DNA of 26,641 nucleotides from Geosiphon pyriformis uo1 (Eukaryota; Fungi; Glomeromycota), in assembly GCA_016748015.1 (NCBI GenBank), contig JAAOMT010000757.1:1-26641 (forward strand), in the 5' to 3' direction. The notes beneath the pieces are model-generated. The model made no database searches. It was not told the origin of the DNA and saw only the letters and a program-made list of their open reading frames with translations. Below are positions 9,266 to 21,604 of this stretch, piece after piece; the stretch's first letter is position 1, and the number at the start of each line of letters is the position of its first letter. A program made the translations under genes and the position numbers.

Positions 9266-10852
9266 CTCTCCCCCCTGCACTCCGTTGCAGGGTTGGGGCT
9301 CGCCCCCCCACCCGTGCCAGGAGAGGTGGCTTCGCCCCTCTCACTCGATCGATGGGGGGGGGCGAAGCCCCCCCCATTCTTTCTTCGCCCCCCCGCACTT
9401 CGTGCGGGGGGAGTGCTCGCCCCCCCCCCCCCCCCGCCGGTGGTGGGGGGGGGGGGGAGGGACTTCGCCCCCCCGCACGGAGTGCGGGGGGAGTGCTCGC
9501 CCTCCTGGAGGGACTTCGCCCCCCCCGCCTACTCCTCCCCCCTACTGCGGGGGGCTATGGGGGGGCCCCGCCCCCCCTATGGGGGGGCTTCGCCCCCCCT
9601 ACTCCCGGTTTGGGAGAGAGTAAGAGGGGGGGCTTTGCCCCCCCTCTATCTCCCCCGCATAGCGGGGGAGTATCGCCCCCCCCGTCGTAGACGGGGGGGA
9701 GTGCTACTCTCTCCCCCCCCGCAGGGGGGGGAGAGAGATCTCACTACCCCCCTGGTTCCCCCCCCCTCCAGCCCTGTGGACTCTCCCCCCCCCTCCGGGG
9801 GGGGGATTGTCCCCCCCCCGTCGTAGACGGGGGGGAGGACTGGATTTACTCGAGGGAGAGAGTAGGGCGGGGGGGAGTGAGCCCTCCCCCCGCCAGTGCG
9901 GGGGGGCGAATAATGGGGGGCTTCGCCCCCCAAGCACTCCCCCCCGCACTCCGTGCGGGGGGGGCGAAGTCCCTCCAGGAGGGCGAGCACTCCCCCCCCG
10001 CACGGAGTGCGGGGGGGGGGCGAAGAATGGGGGGGCTTCGCCCCCCATAGAGTAGTAGGGGGGGGGCGAACTCCCCCCGCGCCCCTTTCCCCCCCCGCAC
10101 TGCGTACTCCCTCCACCCGCACTTCGTGCGGGGGGGGAGATCTCCCCCCCGTCCTCCCCCCTCCGCCCTTAATCCAGTCCCGGGCTCTCCCCCCCCCTCC
10201 GGGGGGGGGATTGTCCCCCCCCCGTCGTAGACGGGGGGGAGGACTGGGGGGGGGGGGGGGGGGGGGGGNNNNNNNNNNNNNNNNNNNNCTCCCCGACCGG
10301 AGAGGGGGCTTCGCCCCCTCTCCTCACTCAGATTGGAGGGAGCTTCGCTCCCTCCATACACACTCCCTACGGGAGTGTGATCCCCCCCCCCTCCCCCGCC
10401 CGCACCCCCCGTACGTAGTGTGCGGGGGGAGGACGGGACGGGGGGGGGAGTAGACGGGGAGTAGGGGGGGAGTGCGGGGGAGTGGGGGGCCTCCGGAGGG
10501 GGCGAAGCCTCCCCCCCTCCCCTGGCAGGGCCATAGGCCTGCCTCCTCTACTCCCCCCCACCCGCACTTCGTGCTCCCCCCCCCTCCAGCCCTTTGGACT
10601 CTCCCCCCCCCCTCCGGGGGGGGGATTGTCCCCCCCCCGTCGTAGACGGGGGGGAGGACTTGGAGGGAGGGCGGGGGGGGAGATTGTAGGGAGCTTCGCT
10701 CCCTACTACACTCTCCCTACGGGAGAGTGATCCCCCCGTCTCGACGGGGAGTAGCCAGGGGGGGCTCCGCCCCCAACCCTTGGCGCCTCGCCCCCCACCG
10801 CCCAGGTTCGGGGGGCGGCGCACCCCTGCGCCCCGGGGGGCGCGGCCCCCAC

Positions 10853-10890
10853 CCTCCCAGTCCACAAATGGCTAAGAGCCTAGTCATACC
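10853..10890 (+). rRNA. rnl: Possible LSU module (about E. coli 985-1020)
   Basis: CCCAGTCCAC...GCTAAGAGCCTAGTCAT resembles CCCAGACCGCCAGCTAAGGTCCCAAAGTCAT. Confidence 0.35.
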
Positions 10891-10958
10891 TACTTTGCGG
10901 ACCCCTCAATGACCCCCCGGTCCATAGAGCACCTCAATNNNNNNNNNNNNNNNNNNNN

Positions 10959-11065
10959 TAGTCGTATCCTCACTAACCCATAACTCAAAATGAGTGAGAT
11001 AGGGTCCCCAATCACTGTTAAGTCGTAGCAAGGTCACGGTTGCGGAAGCAGTCGTGGAATAGTCA
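10959..11065 (+). rRNA. rns: SSU rRNA module S7 (h44 3' strand and h45, 3' end)
   Basis: AAGTCGTAGCAAGGT followed by the h45 hairpin CACGGTTGC-GGAA-GCAGTCGTG with the GGAA loop. No anti-Shine-Dalgarno CCTCC follows directly. Confidence 0.92.
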
Positions 11066-11129
11066 TCACAACCCTATGGGTTCCCAAAAGATGCCCCATG
11101 CGCATTGATTCGCCTCCGGTCGCGCCTCC

Positions 11130-11275
<146 letters not shown>

Positions 11276-11419
11276 NNNNNNNNNNNNNNNNNNNNCCCCC
11301 CCGTCGTAGACGGGGGGGGGGACTGCCCCCCCCCCCCCCGCACTGAGATTCTCTTGGAGTACGGGGGGGAGGTGGGGGGGGGCGGCGTGTGGGGCGGCGT
11401 GTGGGGCAGGGGGGGGGCT

Positions 11420-11490
11420 TTTAGAGGAGATACGGCGTTTTGGGGAGCTCCAGGTTACCAATAGCCATTTTAAACTTGGTGAACCAGACA
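11420..11490 (+). rRNA. rnl: LSU rRNA module L6 (H38 region, about E. coli 855-925)
   Basis: TAGAG...GGGG..CTCC..TTACCAA...AAACT...ACC is collinear with GTAGAGC...GGGGTCATCCCGACTTACCAA...AAACTGCGAATACC. It begins near where L5 ends. Confidence 0.55.
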
Positions 11491-14400
11491 AGTTGCTTGA
11501 TAGTCGCCGTCGCTGCGCTCCGCTCCCCCCCCCCGTTCGGGGGGGGAGAGCCCGCCCCCGGCAGATGCCGGGGGAGGGGGGGGGCTTCGCCCCCCGCCCT
11601 CCTTTTGGGGGGGGCTCCGCCCCCCCTACTCTGAGTTCGCCCCCCCCGCCTACGGTTTCCCCCCCCCCCAGCCCTTTGGACTCTCCCCCCCCCTCCGGGG
11701 GGGGGATTGTCCCCCCCCCGTCGTAGACGGGGGGGAGGACTGGGGGGAGGGCGGGGGGGAGGGCTCTCGATTTGGGGGGCTTCGCCCCCCCCTCGATGCG
11801 AGGGGGGGGGGCTTCGCCCCCCCCACTCCTCGCCTCCCCGCCTACGGCGGGGTGGTGTTCGCCCCCCGCATCCCCCCCACCCCAGCCCTTTGTGAGGAGG
11901 GGGGGGGCTTCGCCCCCCACTACTCCTACCAACCCCCCCTGCGGGGGTGGTGAGGAGGGGGGGGGCTTCGCCCCACCACTACTCCTACCAACCACCCCCC
12001 CGGGGGGGGGGTGTTGACTCTCCCCCCCCCTCCGGGGGGGGGTATTCGCCCCCCCCGTCGTAGACGGGGGGGAGTGCTGGGGGGAGGGCAAAGTGATTCC
12101 CCGGGGGAGGGCTCTCCCCCCCCCTCCCCACCTCGCCCTGCTCGGGGACTGCGGGTGGGGGGATTCGCCCCCCCCGCCTAGCACCCCCCCCCGTCACACT
12201 TGATAGGGGCGAAGCCCCTGAATTGCACGGGGGGGGGCGAGGTCCCCACGCTTCGGTCCCTCCTCCCCCCAGCCCTGTGGACTCTCCCCCCCCCTCCGGG
12301 GGGGGGATTGTCCCCCCCCCGTCGTAGACGGGGGGGAGGACTGGGGGGGGAGCGTGGGGAGGAGTGGCGGGGGGGAGGGCTCTCTGGGGGGCTTCGCCCC
12401 CCAGCACTCCCCCCCGTCCCAGACTCCCCCCCCGTCCCAGACGGGGGGGGGGGCGATACTCCCCCGCTATGCGGGGGAGATATATGGGGGCAAAGCCCCC
12501 CTCTTAGCCCCACGCGAAGCGTGGGGAGGAGTCACGAGGGGGGGGGGCTTCGCCCCCCCACTCCTCGCCCCCCCGCCTACGGCGGGGTGGTGCTCGCCCC
12601 CCGGGGAATCACTGAGTGCGGGTGGAGGGCTCGCCCCCCGCCAGGATTCCCCGGGGGAGTGCTCTCCCCCCTGCCAGGGCCCCCCCCGCCTTGCGGGGGG
12701 GAGTGCTCCGCCCTTAATCCAGTCACAAAGGTGCTGGAGGGGGGGGGGAGGGCAGGGGGGGGCGGGGGGGGTTGCCTCCGGTNNNNNNNNNNNNNNNNNN
12801 NNAGGCCCCCCATGGGGGGCCTTAATCCCCCCCCCCCCCGGGGGGGCAGGGGGATTAAGACTCCCTCCGTTCCCCCCCCCCCAGCCCTTTGGACTCCTGG
12901 GGGGAGTGGCGGATTACTCTCCCCCCTCCCCCACCTTGCAGGAGAGGGGCTTTGCCACCTCTCCTATTGGAGTAAGAAGAGAGGCTTTGCCCTCTTCTAT
13001 CTCCCCCGCAAGGCGGGGGAGTACTCTCGGGGGGGGAGAGATCTCTCTCCCGTCCCCCCCCCCTCCGGTACCTCCTCCCCACAGCCCTGTGGACTCTCCC
13101 CCCCCCTCCGGGGGGGGGATTGTCCCCCCCCCGTCGTAGACGGGGGGGAGGACTGGGGGGGGAGCGGGGGGGAGGGAGAGAGTAGGAGGGGGGGGGGAGG
13201 GGGAGAGATCTCCCCACTAGGGGGGGGCGAAGCCCCCACCCATAGGCCCCCCATGGGGGGCCTTAGTTCCCCACCCCTCCAAGCCCTGTGGACTCTCCCC
13301 CCCCCTCCGGGTGGGTGGGATTGTCCCCCCCCCGTCCGGGTGGGGAGGACTGGATTTAGTGGCGGGGGGAGTAAGGGAGTACGGGGGAGGGCGGGGGGAG
13401 TATAAGGAGAGTGGGGGGCTTCGCCCCTCTCCTCCCCCCCGCAGGCGGGGTGGGTTAATACTCCCCCCCTCCCCCCCCGCCGGTGGTTGGGGGGTGGGGT
13501 GGGGAGATCTCCCCGTGCAAGGAGAGGGGCTTCGCCACCTCTCACTCGATCGATGGGGGGGCGAAGCCCCCCCCATTCTTTCTTCGCCCCCCCGCACTTC
13601 GTGCGGGGGGAGTGCTCGCCCTCCTGGAGGGACTTCGCCCCCCCCGCCTACTCCTCCCCCCTACTGCGGGGGGCTATGGGGGGGCCCCGCCCCCCCTATG
13701 GGGGGGCTTCGCCCCCCTACTCCCGATTTGGGAGATCTTGAGTAAGAGGGGGGGCTTTGCCCCCCCTCTATCTCCCCCGCATAGCGGGGGAGTATCGCCC
13801 CCCCCGTCGTAGACGGGGGGGAGTGCTACTCTCTCCCCCCCCCCCTTTGGGGGGGGGGCAGGGGGGAGAGAGATCGGGGGGGAGTGCTCGATGGGGGGGG
13901 GCGAAGCCCCCCACCCATTCTTCGCCCCCCCGCACTCAGTGCGGGGGGAGTGCTCGCCCTCCCCCCCCCCGCCGGTGGTGGGGGGGGGGGGAGGGACTTC
14001 GCCCCCCCCGCCTACGGTCCCTCCTCCCCCCAGCCCTGTGGACTGGGGGGGGAGCGGGGGGGAGTGCTCGGTGGACGGGGGGGTGCGCTCCTCCCCCCCC
14101 GCACTTCGTGCTACTCTCCCCACCCGCCCCCCCCTTTGGGGGGGCAGGGGGGAGAGATCTCTCTGAGTAGCGGGGGGGAGATCTCCCCGACCGGAGAGGG
14201 GGCTTCGCCCCCTCTCCTCACCCCCCCCCGCAAGGCGGGGGGGAGTGCTACTCCCCCCCTCCGGGGGGGGAGATTGGAGGGAGCTTCGCTCCCTCCATAC
14301 ACACTCCCTACGGGAGTGTGATCCCCCCCCCCGCACTTCGTGCTACTCTCCCCCCCTCCCCCCGCCGGGGTGGTGGGGAGGGGGGAGAGATCTCCCCCAC

Positions 14401-14557
14401 CTAGTTACCCCCCCCTCCAGCCCTGTGGACTCTCCCCCCCCCTCCGGGGGGGGGATTGTCCCCCCCCCGTCGTAGACGGGGGGGAGGACTGGAGGGTGGG
14501 CGGGGGGGAGTAGCGGGGGGGAGTAGACGGGGAGTAGGGGGGGAGTGCCTGAGGGGG

Positions 14558-14635
14558 GGGGTGTACCAATCACTCAAGGTATCAACCCAGGCCAGGCCAC
14601 AAACGAGATCATACCGTGTTCACAAGGAATAAGGC
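14558..14635 (+). rRNA. rnl: LSU rRNA module L3 (about E. coli 410-485)
   Basis: ACCAATCACTCAAGG...TACCGTG...AAGG keeps the spacing of ACCATCCTCCAAGG...TACCGTGAGGGAAAGG. Confidence 0.6.
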
Positions 14636-15013
14636 TCTCCCCCCTGCACTCCGTTGCAGGGTTGGGGCTCGCCCCCCCACCCGTGCCAGGAGAGGTGGCT
14701 TCGCCCCTCTCACTCGATCGATGGGGGGGGGCGAAGCCCCCCCCATTCTTTCTTCGCCCCCCCGCACTTCGTGCGGGGGGAGTGCTCGCCCTCCCCCCCC
14801 CCCGCCGGTGGTGGGGGGGGGGGGAGGGACTTCGCCCCCCCCGCCTACGGTCCCTCCTCCCCCCAAGCCCTGTTGGACTGGTGGGGGGAGCGGGGGGGAG
14901 TGCTCGGGGACGGGTGGAGTAGGGGAGTAGGGGGGGAGTGCTTGTGCGGGGGGAGTGCTCAACTGCCATGGCACTGCCTCCTCTAGCCCCCCCGGGGAAA
15001 ATCGTAAAGATCT

Positions 15014-15105
15014 GGAATGTTCACCAAGTTTTCAAAACTAGGACCACTAAGGATGGCTAGCCAATGCTACTGCTCTAAGGGGGTATCGTTCCAAAGGCCA
15101 GACTC
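15014..15105 (+). rRNA. rns: SSU rRNA module S2 (about E. coli 260-340)
   Basis: TCACCAAG...CTAG...AGGATGGCTAGCCA...GCCAGACTC is collinear with TCACCTAG...CTAG...AGGATGACCAGCCA...TCCAGACTC. Confidence 0.7.
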
Positions 15106-17714
15106 AATTTCCGATCCTGTGTCCACTTCCCCGGTTCGCATCGGGGGGCTCCGCCCCGCGGGGCCCTCCCCCCTCAGAGATATCCTAGCGTTCCTCTCTC
15201 CCCCCCGGGGGTGGGGCGGAGCCCCCGGCCCCCCCTCCCCGGGAGCCCCCCCCCTCACCCTAGTACGCCCTCCCCCCCCCGTACGCAGTGCGGGGGTCGG
15301 GGGGCTGACCTCCCCCTGCCCCCCTCCCCCCCCCCTCCAGCCCTGTGGACTCTCCCCCCCCCTCCGGGGGGGGGATTGTCCCCCCCCCGTCGTAGACGGG
15401 GGGGAGGACTTGGAGGGAGGGCGGGCAGGGGGGGGCGCCCCCCCCGTGCAATTCTTGTTGTCGTAGGGGCTTCGCCCCTACTTCTTCTATCAAGTGGGAC
15501 GGGGGGGAGTGCCTGGGGGGGCTTCGCCCCCCCCCTCCTCGCCCCCCGCCAGGATTCCCCGGGGGAGTTGCTCGGAGGCCGGCCATAGGCCTGCCTCCCG
15601 CCCCCCCCCCCGCCACGTGGGGGGAGGGGGGGGGGGGCTCCGCCCCCCCCCGTCACGAGGGGGGGGCTTCGCCCCCCACTCCTCGCCCCCCCGCCTACGG
15701 CGGGTTGGGGTGCTCGCCCCCCCGCCAGGATTCCCCGGGGGGAGTGCTCCCCCCTGCCCTCCGGGTCCCCCCCCCCCACCCGCACTTCGTACTCTTGGAG
15801 TACGGGGGGGAGGGCAGGGGGGGGGGGGCGCCCCCCCCGTCTGGGACGGGGGGGGAGTGCCTGGGGGGGGGCGGGGTGGGGGCCCTTGTCCCCCCCCCCC
15901 CCCCCCCCNNNNNNNNNNNNNNNNNNNNNNNNNNNNNNNNNNNNNNNNNNNNNNNNNNCCTGCCCTCCGGGCAGGGGGGCCGCCCCCCCCCGTGCAATAA
16001 TTGTTGTCGTAGGGGCTTCGCCCCTACTTCTTCTATTTAGGGGACGGGGGGGAGTGGCCTCCACCCTGCCCTCCTCCCCCCCCCCTCCAGCCCTGTGGAC
16101 TCTCCCCCCCCCTCCGGGGGGGGGATTGTCCCCCCCCCGTCGTAGACGGGGGGGAGGACTGGAGAGGGCGGGCAGGGGGGCGAGCCTCGCTCCCCCCGCA
16201 CTTCGTGCGGGGGGGGGTGCTCTCCCCCCCGCCTACGGCGGGGGGGGGGCGAACTCCCCCCGCTAGGGGGGCGAAGCCCCCCGGCAGGCCTACTCGGCCT
16301 GCCTAGGGGGGGGGCGAAGCCCCCCATGGCAGGCCCCATGGGGGGCCTGCCTAGCCCCTTTCCCCCCCCGCACTGCGATTCGGAGAGGGGCGAAGCCCCT
16401 CTCCCCTTTGCTGCTGCAAGGAGAGGGGCTTTGCCCCTCTCCTATTGGAGTAAGAAGAGAGGCTTTGCCCTCTTCTATCTCCCCCGCAAGGCGGGGGAGT
16501 ACTCTCCCCCCCCTCCCCCCCCGCCGGGGTGGGGGGTGGGGTGGGGAGAGATCTCTCTCCCGTCCGAGTGCAAGGAGAGGGGCTTTGCCCCTCTCCTATC
16601 GGAGTAAGAAGAGAGGCTTTGCCCTCTTCTATCTCCCCCGCAAGGCGGGGGAGTACTCCCCCCCCTCCCCCCCCCGCCGGGGTGGGGGGTGGGGGGGGGA
16701 GATTGTAGGGAGCTTCGCTCCCTACTACACTCTCCCTACGGGAGAGTGATCCCCCCGTCTCGACGGGGAGTAGGGGGGGGGCGAGCCCTCCCCCCCGCCT
16801 ACGGCGGGGGGGGCGAATCGAGGGGGGGGGGCGAAGCCCCCCCTCTCGAGAGTAGGGGGGGAGTGCTAGGGGGGGGTGCTCGCCCCCCCGCCAGGATTCC
16901 CCGGGGGGAGTGCCCTCTCCCCCCCTGCCCTAGCAGCACTCCCCCCCGCCTACGGCGGGGGGGCTCCTCCCCCCGCGCCCCTTTCCCCCCCCGCACTGGG
17001 GGGGGAGGGCGGGGGGAGGAGTGGGGGGAGTTCGCCCCCCCCGCAAGGCGGGGGGGAGTGCTCCGCCCTTAATCCAGTCCTCGGGCTCTCCCCCCCCCTC
17101 CGGGGGGGGGATTGTCCCCCCCCCGTCGTAGACGGGGGGGAGGACTGGAGGGGGGGGGGGGAACCTTGCGGGGGGGAGTGCTCCTTTTGGGGGGGCTCCG
17201 CCCCCCCTCGGCTCGCCCCCCGCCTACGGCGGGGGAGTGCTCGCCCCCCGCAACGGAGCACTCCCCCCCGTCGCAGACGGGTGGGGGGCTCCTCCCCCCC
17301 TGCCCGGGGGGCAGGGTGTCGAGCGGAGCCTCCCCCCCCCGGGGGGCGGGGGGGTTGCTGAGGAGGGGGGGGGGCTTCGCCCTACTCCCTGTGGAGACAG
17401 GGAGATCTCCCCACCCGTCCTCCCCCCGCCCGGAGTGACGGGGGGTGCGGGCGTGAGGAGGGGGGGGGCTTCGCCCCCCACTACTCCTACCAACCCCCCC
17501 TGCGGGGTGGGAGGAGGGGGGGGGCTTCGCCCCCCACTACTCCTACCAACCACCCCCCCGGGGGGGGGGTGTTGAGCCCTCCCCCCCGCCTACGGCGGGG
17601 GGGGGGGGGGGCCCCCCCCGTCGTAGNNNNNNNNNNNNNNNNNNNNCCCCCGGGGGGGGGGTGTTGACCCCCCCCTCCCCCCTTTTGCTGGCTTTCGCAG
17701 TGCTCACAAGAACT

Positions 17715-17773
17715 GACAAGTCCTGTGAGTAGGTTGGGGGTCCATTTCGCAAAGGCTTTATCATGCACTCGAG
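17715..17773 (+). rRNA. rnl: LSU rRNA module L7 (GTPase-associated centre H43/H44, about E. coli 1045-1112), divergent
   Basis: GACAA...GAGTAGGTTGG...CCATTT...AAAG...TA.CA.GCACTCGAG with a closing GAGT/ACTC stem. Confidence 0.5.
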
Positions 17774-18830
17774 CCCCCCCCTAGCAAGTACGGGCAGTGG
17801 GGGGCTCGCCCCCCCGTCCCAGACGGGTGCCCTAAGGGCAGGGGAGGAGCAAGCATCCCTCTCCCCCCCTGCCACCCCCCGTCCTCCCCCCGGGGAATCA
17901 CTGAGTACGGGGGGTGCGGGCGGAGGGGAGGGGGGGGCCTCCGGCCCCCCCACTCGGAGGCCGGCCATAGGCCTGCCTCCCGCCCCCCCCGTCGGGCTTG
18001 TGGGGGCTTCGCCCCCCTCTCCTCGCCCCCCCCGCACTTCGTGCGGGGGGGGGGGGGGGGGGCCCCCCCCCCCCCCCCCCCCGCAGGTGGGGGGGGGGGG
18101 GGGGAGGGACTTCGCCCCCCCGCACGGAGTGCGGGGGGAGTGCTCGCCCTCCTGGAGGGACTTCGCCCCCCCCGCCTACTCCTCCCCCCTACTGCGGGGG
18201 GCTATGGGGGGGCCCCNNNNNNNNNNNNNNNNNNNNCTGCCCTCCTCCCCCCCCCTCCAGCCCTTTGGACTCTCCCCCCCCCTCCGGGGGGGGGATTGTC
18301 CCCCCCCCGTCGTAGACGGGGGGGAGGACTGGAGAGGGCGGGCAGGGGGGCTCTCCACACGTCGGGGACGTGTGTAGAGCACTCCCCCCCGCCTCCCCCC
18401 TCGCCCTGCTCGGGGACTTGCGGGGGGGGCGAACTTGGGGGGCGGAGCCCGGAGTGGGGGGCTCGCCCCCCCCGCCTACGGCGGGCGCCCTCCGGCGGAG
18501 AGGGGGCGAAGCCCCCTCTCCCTCGCCCCCCCCCCGCCTACGGTCCCCCCTCCCCCCCGCACTGCGATTCTCCCTCCCCCGCACGAAGTGCGGGGGGGGA
18601 GATCTCCCCACCCGTCCTCCCCCCGCCCGGAGGACGGGGGGTGCGGGCGGAGGGGGGGAGTACGGGGGGGGAGGGCGGGGGGAGGGGGTGTGGGGGGGGG
18701 GCGCCCCACGTCTGGTGACGGGGGGGAGTGCTCGAGGAGAGGAGGCCGGAGGCCTACGCCTCCCCCCACCCCCCCCGCCTTGCGGTGGGGGGGGGCGGGG
18801 GGGAGTGCCTCCCCCTCATGATCTTGGGCT

Positions 18831-18921
18831 CAACCTGTAAACTGAAATAGCCTAATACCGGGACCATCATAAACAACCATAGAAGCTGGAAGTAGTCAAT
18901 AACGAAACCAGATCGGGCTCC
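18831..18921 (+). rRNA. rnl: LSU rRNA module L2 (about E. coli 23S 180-265)
   Basis: AACTGAAA...TACC...AAACAACC...GA...AGTAG...CGAA is collinear with AACTGAAACATCTAAGTACC...AAATCAACCGAGATTCCCCCAGTAGCGGCGAGCGAA. A compensated CTGG/CCAG stem is present. Confidence 0.75.
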
Positions 18922-20195
18922 ATCATTCCCCCCCCCCGTCTACGACGGGTTGGGGGGCGACCCACCTGCCCTCGGGCAGGGGTTCGAGCACTCCCCCCCG
19001 CAAGGCGGGGGGGGCGAAGGAGAGGGGGCTTCGCCCCCTCTCCTCAGGGGGGTTGCCTCCGGTTCCCCCCCTGGCCCTGGGGGGCTTCGCCCCCCCCTCG
19101 CTCTAGGGCCCCAGGGCCACTAGAGCGCTCTCCCCTCCCCCCTGCCCGCAGGGCAGGGGGGGGGCGCCCCCCCCGTCTGGGACGGGGGGGAGTGCTCCGC
19201 CCTTAATCCAGTCCCGGGCTCTCCCCCCCCCGCCGGTGGTTGGGGGGTGGGGTGGGGAGATCTCCCCGTGCAAGGAGAGGGGCTTCGCCACCTCTCACTC
19301 GATCGATGGGGGGGCGAAGCCCCCCCCATTCTTTCTTCGCCCCCCCGCACTTCGTGCGGGGGGAGTGCTCGCCCTCCTGGAGGGACTTCGCCCCCCCCGC
19401 CTACGGTCCCTCCTCCCCCCAGCCCTGTGGACTGGGGGGGGAGCGGGGGGGAGTGCTCGATGGGGGGGGGCGAAGCCCCCCACCCATTCTTCGCCCCCCC
19501 GCACTCAGTGCGGGGGGAGTGCTCGCCCTCCTGGAGGGACTTCGCCCCCCCCGCCTACTCCTCCCCCCTACTGCGGGGGGCTATGGGGGGGCCCCGCCCC
19601 CCCTATGGGGGGGCTTCGCCCCCCTACTCCCGATTTGGGAGATCTTGAGTAAGAGGGGGGGCTTTGCCCCCCCTCTATCTCCCCCGCATAGCGGGGGAGT
19701 ATCGCCCCCCCCGTCGTAGACGGGGGGGAGTGCTACTCCCCCCCCGCACTTCGTGCTACTCTCCCCACCCGCCCCCCCTTTGGGGGGGCAGGGGGGAGAG
19801 ATCTCTCTGAGTAGCGGGGGGGAGATTGGAGGGAGCTTCGCTCCCTCCATACACACTCCCTACGGGAGTGTGATCCCCCCCCCCTCCCCCGCCCGCACCC
19901 CCCGTACGTAGTGTGCGGGGGGAGGACGGGACGGGGGGGGGAGTAGACGGGGAGTAGGGGGGGAGTGCGGGGAGTGCTGCTGACCGACGGGGGGCCTCCG
20001 GCCCACCCCCCTCCATTCTGGCAGGGCCTCCGGCCTGCCTATTCGGGGGGCTTTGCCCCCATATATCTCCCCCGCGCGGGGGAGTACCCCCCCGCCCCAC
20101 CTCACGATCGTTCGGGGGGGGGGAGAGGGGGGGGGGCTCCGCCCCCACTCTCGGAGGCCGGCAGAGGGCCACTATGCCCCCGGCCCCCCTACGCC

Positions 20196-20214
20196 CTGTC
20201 TCTTATACACATCT
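20196..20214 (+). other. Tn5 mosaic end / Nextera adapter contamination
   Basis: Exact 19-mer CTGTCTCTTATACACATCT. Confidence 0.95.
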
Positions 20215-20497
20215 CCCCCCCTCCGGGGGGGGGATTGTCCCCCCCCCGTCGTAGACGGGGGGGAGGACTGGAGAGGGCGCGGGGGGAGTTCGCCCCCCCC
20301 GCCTTGCGGGGGGGAGCGCACCCCCCCGCACGAAGTGCGGGGGGAGCGAGGCTCGCCCCCCTGCCCGCCCTCTCCAGTCCTCCCCCCCGTCTACGACGGG
20401 GGGGGGACAATCCCCCCCCCGGAGGGGGGGGGAGAGTCCACAGGGCTGGAGGGGGGGGGGAGGAGGGCAGGGGGGAGGCCACTCCCCCCCGTCCCAC

Positions 20498-20925
20498 TTA
20501 CTCCCCCGCCTTGCGGGGGAGATAGGAGACCTTACTCCCCCGCCTGCGGCGGGGGAGATAGGAGACCTCCTTACTCCCCCGCCTGCGGCGGGGGAGATAG
20601 GAGACCTCATTACTCCCCCGCCTGCGGCGGGGGAGATAGGAGACCTCCTTACTCCCCCGCCTGCGGCGGGGGAGATAGGAGACCTCATTACTCCCCCGCC
20701 TGCGGCGGGGGAGATAGGAGACCTCCTTACTCCCCCGCCTGCGGCGGGGGAGATAGGAGACCTCATTACTCCCCCGCCTGCGGCGGGGGAGATAGGAGAC
20801 CTCCTTACTCCCCCGCCTGCGGCGGGGGAGATAGGAGACCTCATTACTCCCCCGCCTGCGGCGGGGGAGATAGGAGACCTCCTTACTCACCCCGCCTGCG
20901 GGGGAGATAGGAGACCTCCTTACTC
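20498..20925 (-). repeat. Tandem array, 39-bp unit (about 9 regular copies plus variant ends) with an alternating C/A site giving a 78-bp higher-order period
   Basis: TTACTCCCCCGCCTGCGGCGGGGGAGATAGGAGACCTC[C/A] starts at 20532, 20571, 20610 and so on to 20844. It is the reverse complement of the unit seen once at about 5743-5790, 8883-8930 and 25792-25840. Confidence 0.93.
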
Positions 20926-21189
20926 CTTAATAGAAGAAGTAGGGGCGAAGCCCTACGACAACAGAATTGCACGGGGGGGGGCGGCCCCCCTGCCCGGAGG
21001 GCAGGTGGGGGAAGCTGGGACGGGGGGGAGTGCTGCGCCTCCCCCCCGGGGGGCGGGGGGGGGGTGAAAAGGCCACCCCGGTGGGGCGGGGGGGGCCCTC
21101 CTACCCCTCAGAGATATCCTGCGTGCGGGGGGGAGCAGACGGGGGCGGAGCCAACCCGTCCGGGGGGGGGGGTGGGGCGCCCCCCCCCC

Positions 21190-21267
<78 letters not shown>

Positions 21268-21344
21268 NNNNNNNNNNNNNNNNNNNNCCCATCCCCTCCA
21301 CTATCCAACCGACCCACAACAGAACTGGTATTTGGTACAACCAT

Positions 21345-21604
21345 ATTGGCTTGGACATGGCCAAGGATGAACGCTCCCTAGTGGCCTTACACATGCAAGT
21401 CTTACGCTACTTTGGTGGGCATTGGTAAACCATCAGTGCAAATCAAAAAAGAGTGGCTCTAGGGGGAGTGAAGATGGGGACCTCTCTCCAGGTTGGGACC
21501 TAACTGGGATCCATGACGCAAACTCGAGATCCCCCAGTTGGGCGCTCCGCGCGCGCCATTGGAGCGATGGCGCCAAAAGGCGGTTTCGCAGTTGGCTTTA
21601 GCTA
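21345..21604 (+). rRNA. rns: Mitochondrial SSU rRNA module S1 (5' end, about E. coli 16S 8-250)
   Basis: TGGCTTGGACATGGCCAAGGATGAACGCT...TTACACATGCAAGTC matches GAGTTTGATCATGGCTCAGATTGAACGCT...AACACATGCAAGTC. Helix h1 is fully compensated (TGGCT/GGCCA). GAGTGGCTCTAGGGGGAGT resembles GAGTGGCGGACGGGTGAGT. The module ends in TTAGCTA. Confidence 0.92.

Noticed and set aside
11419-11464. FWGA motif suggesting cob with U-insertion editing
   Set aside because: It is a 4-residue match followed by a stop, and the region aligns to LSU H38 next to module L5.
12176-12200. CCCGTCACAC resembling the SSU 1400 decoding strand
   Set aside because: It is the reverse complement of a variant of repeat family C (TATCAAGTG(G/T)GACGGGG) and lacks the h28 complement.
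18826-18838. GGGCTCAACCTG matching the SSU h21 loop
   Set aside because: The downstream 90 nt align much better to LSU 180-265, so the 12-mer is probably coincidental.
20196-20214. Tn5/IS50 transposon end
   Set aside because: It is the synthetic mosaic end used in Nextera libraries, with no transposase and no partner end. The junction is probably chimeric.
20498-20925. CRISPR-like regular repeats (also 7134-7515)
   Set aside because: There are no unique spacers and no cas genes; these are plain tandem repeats.
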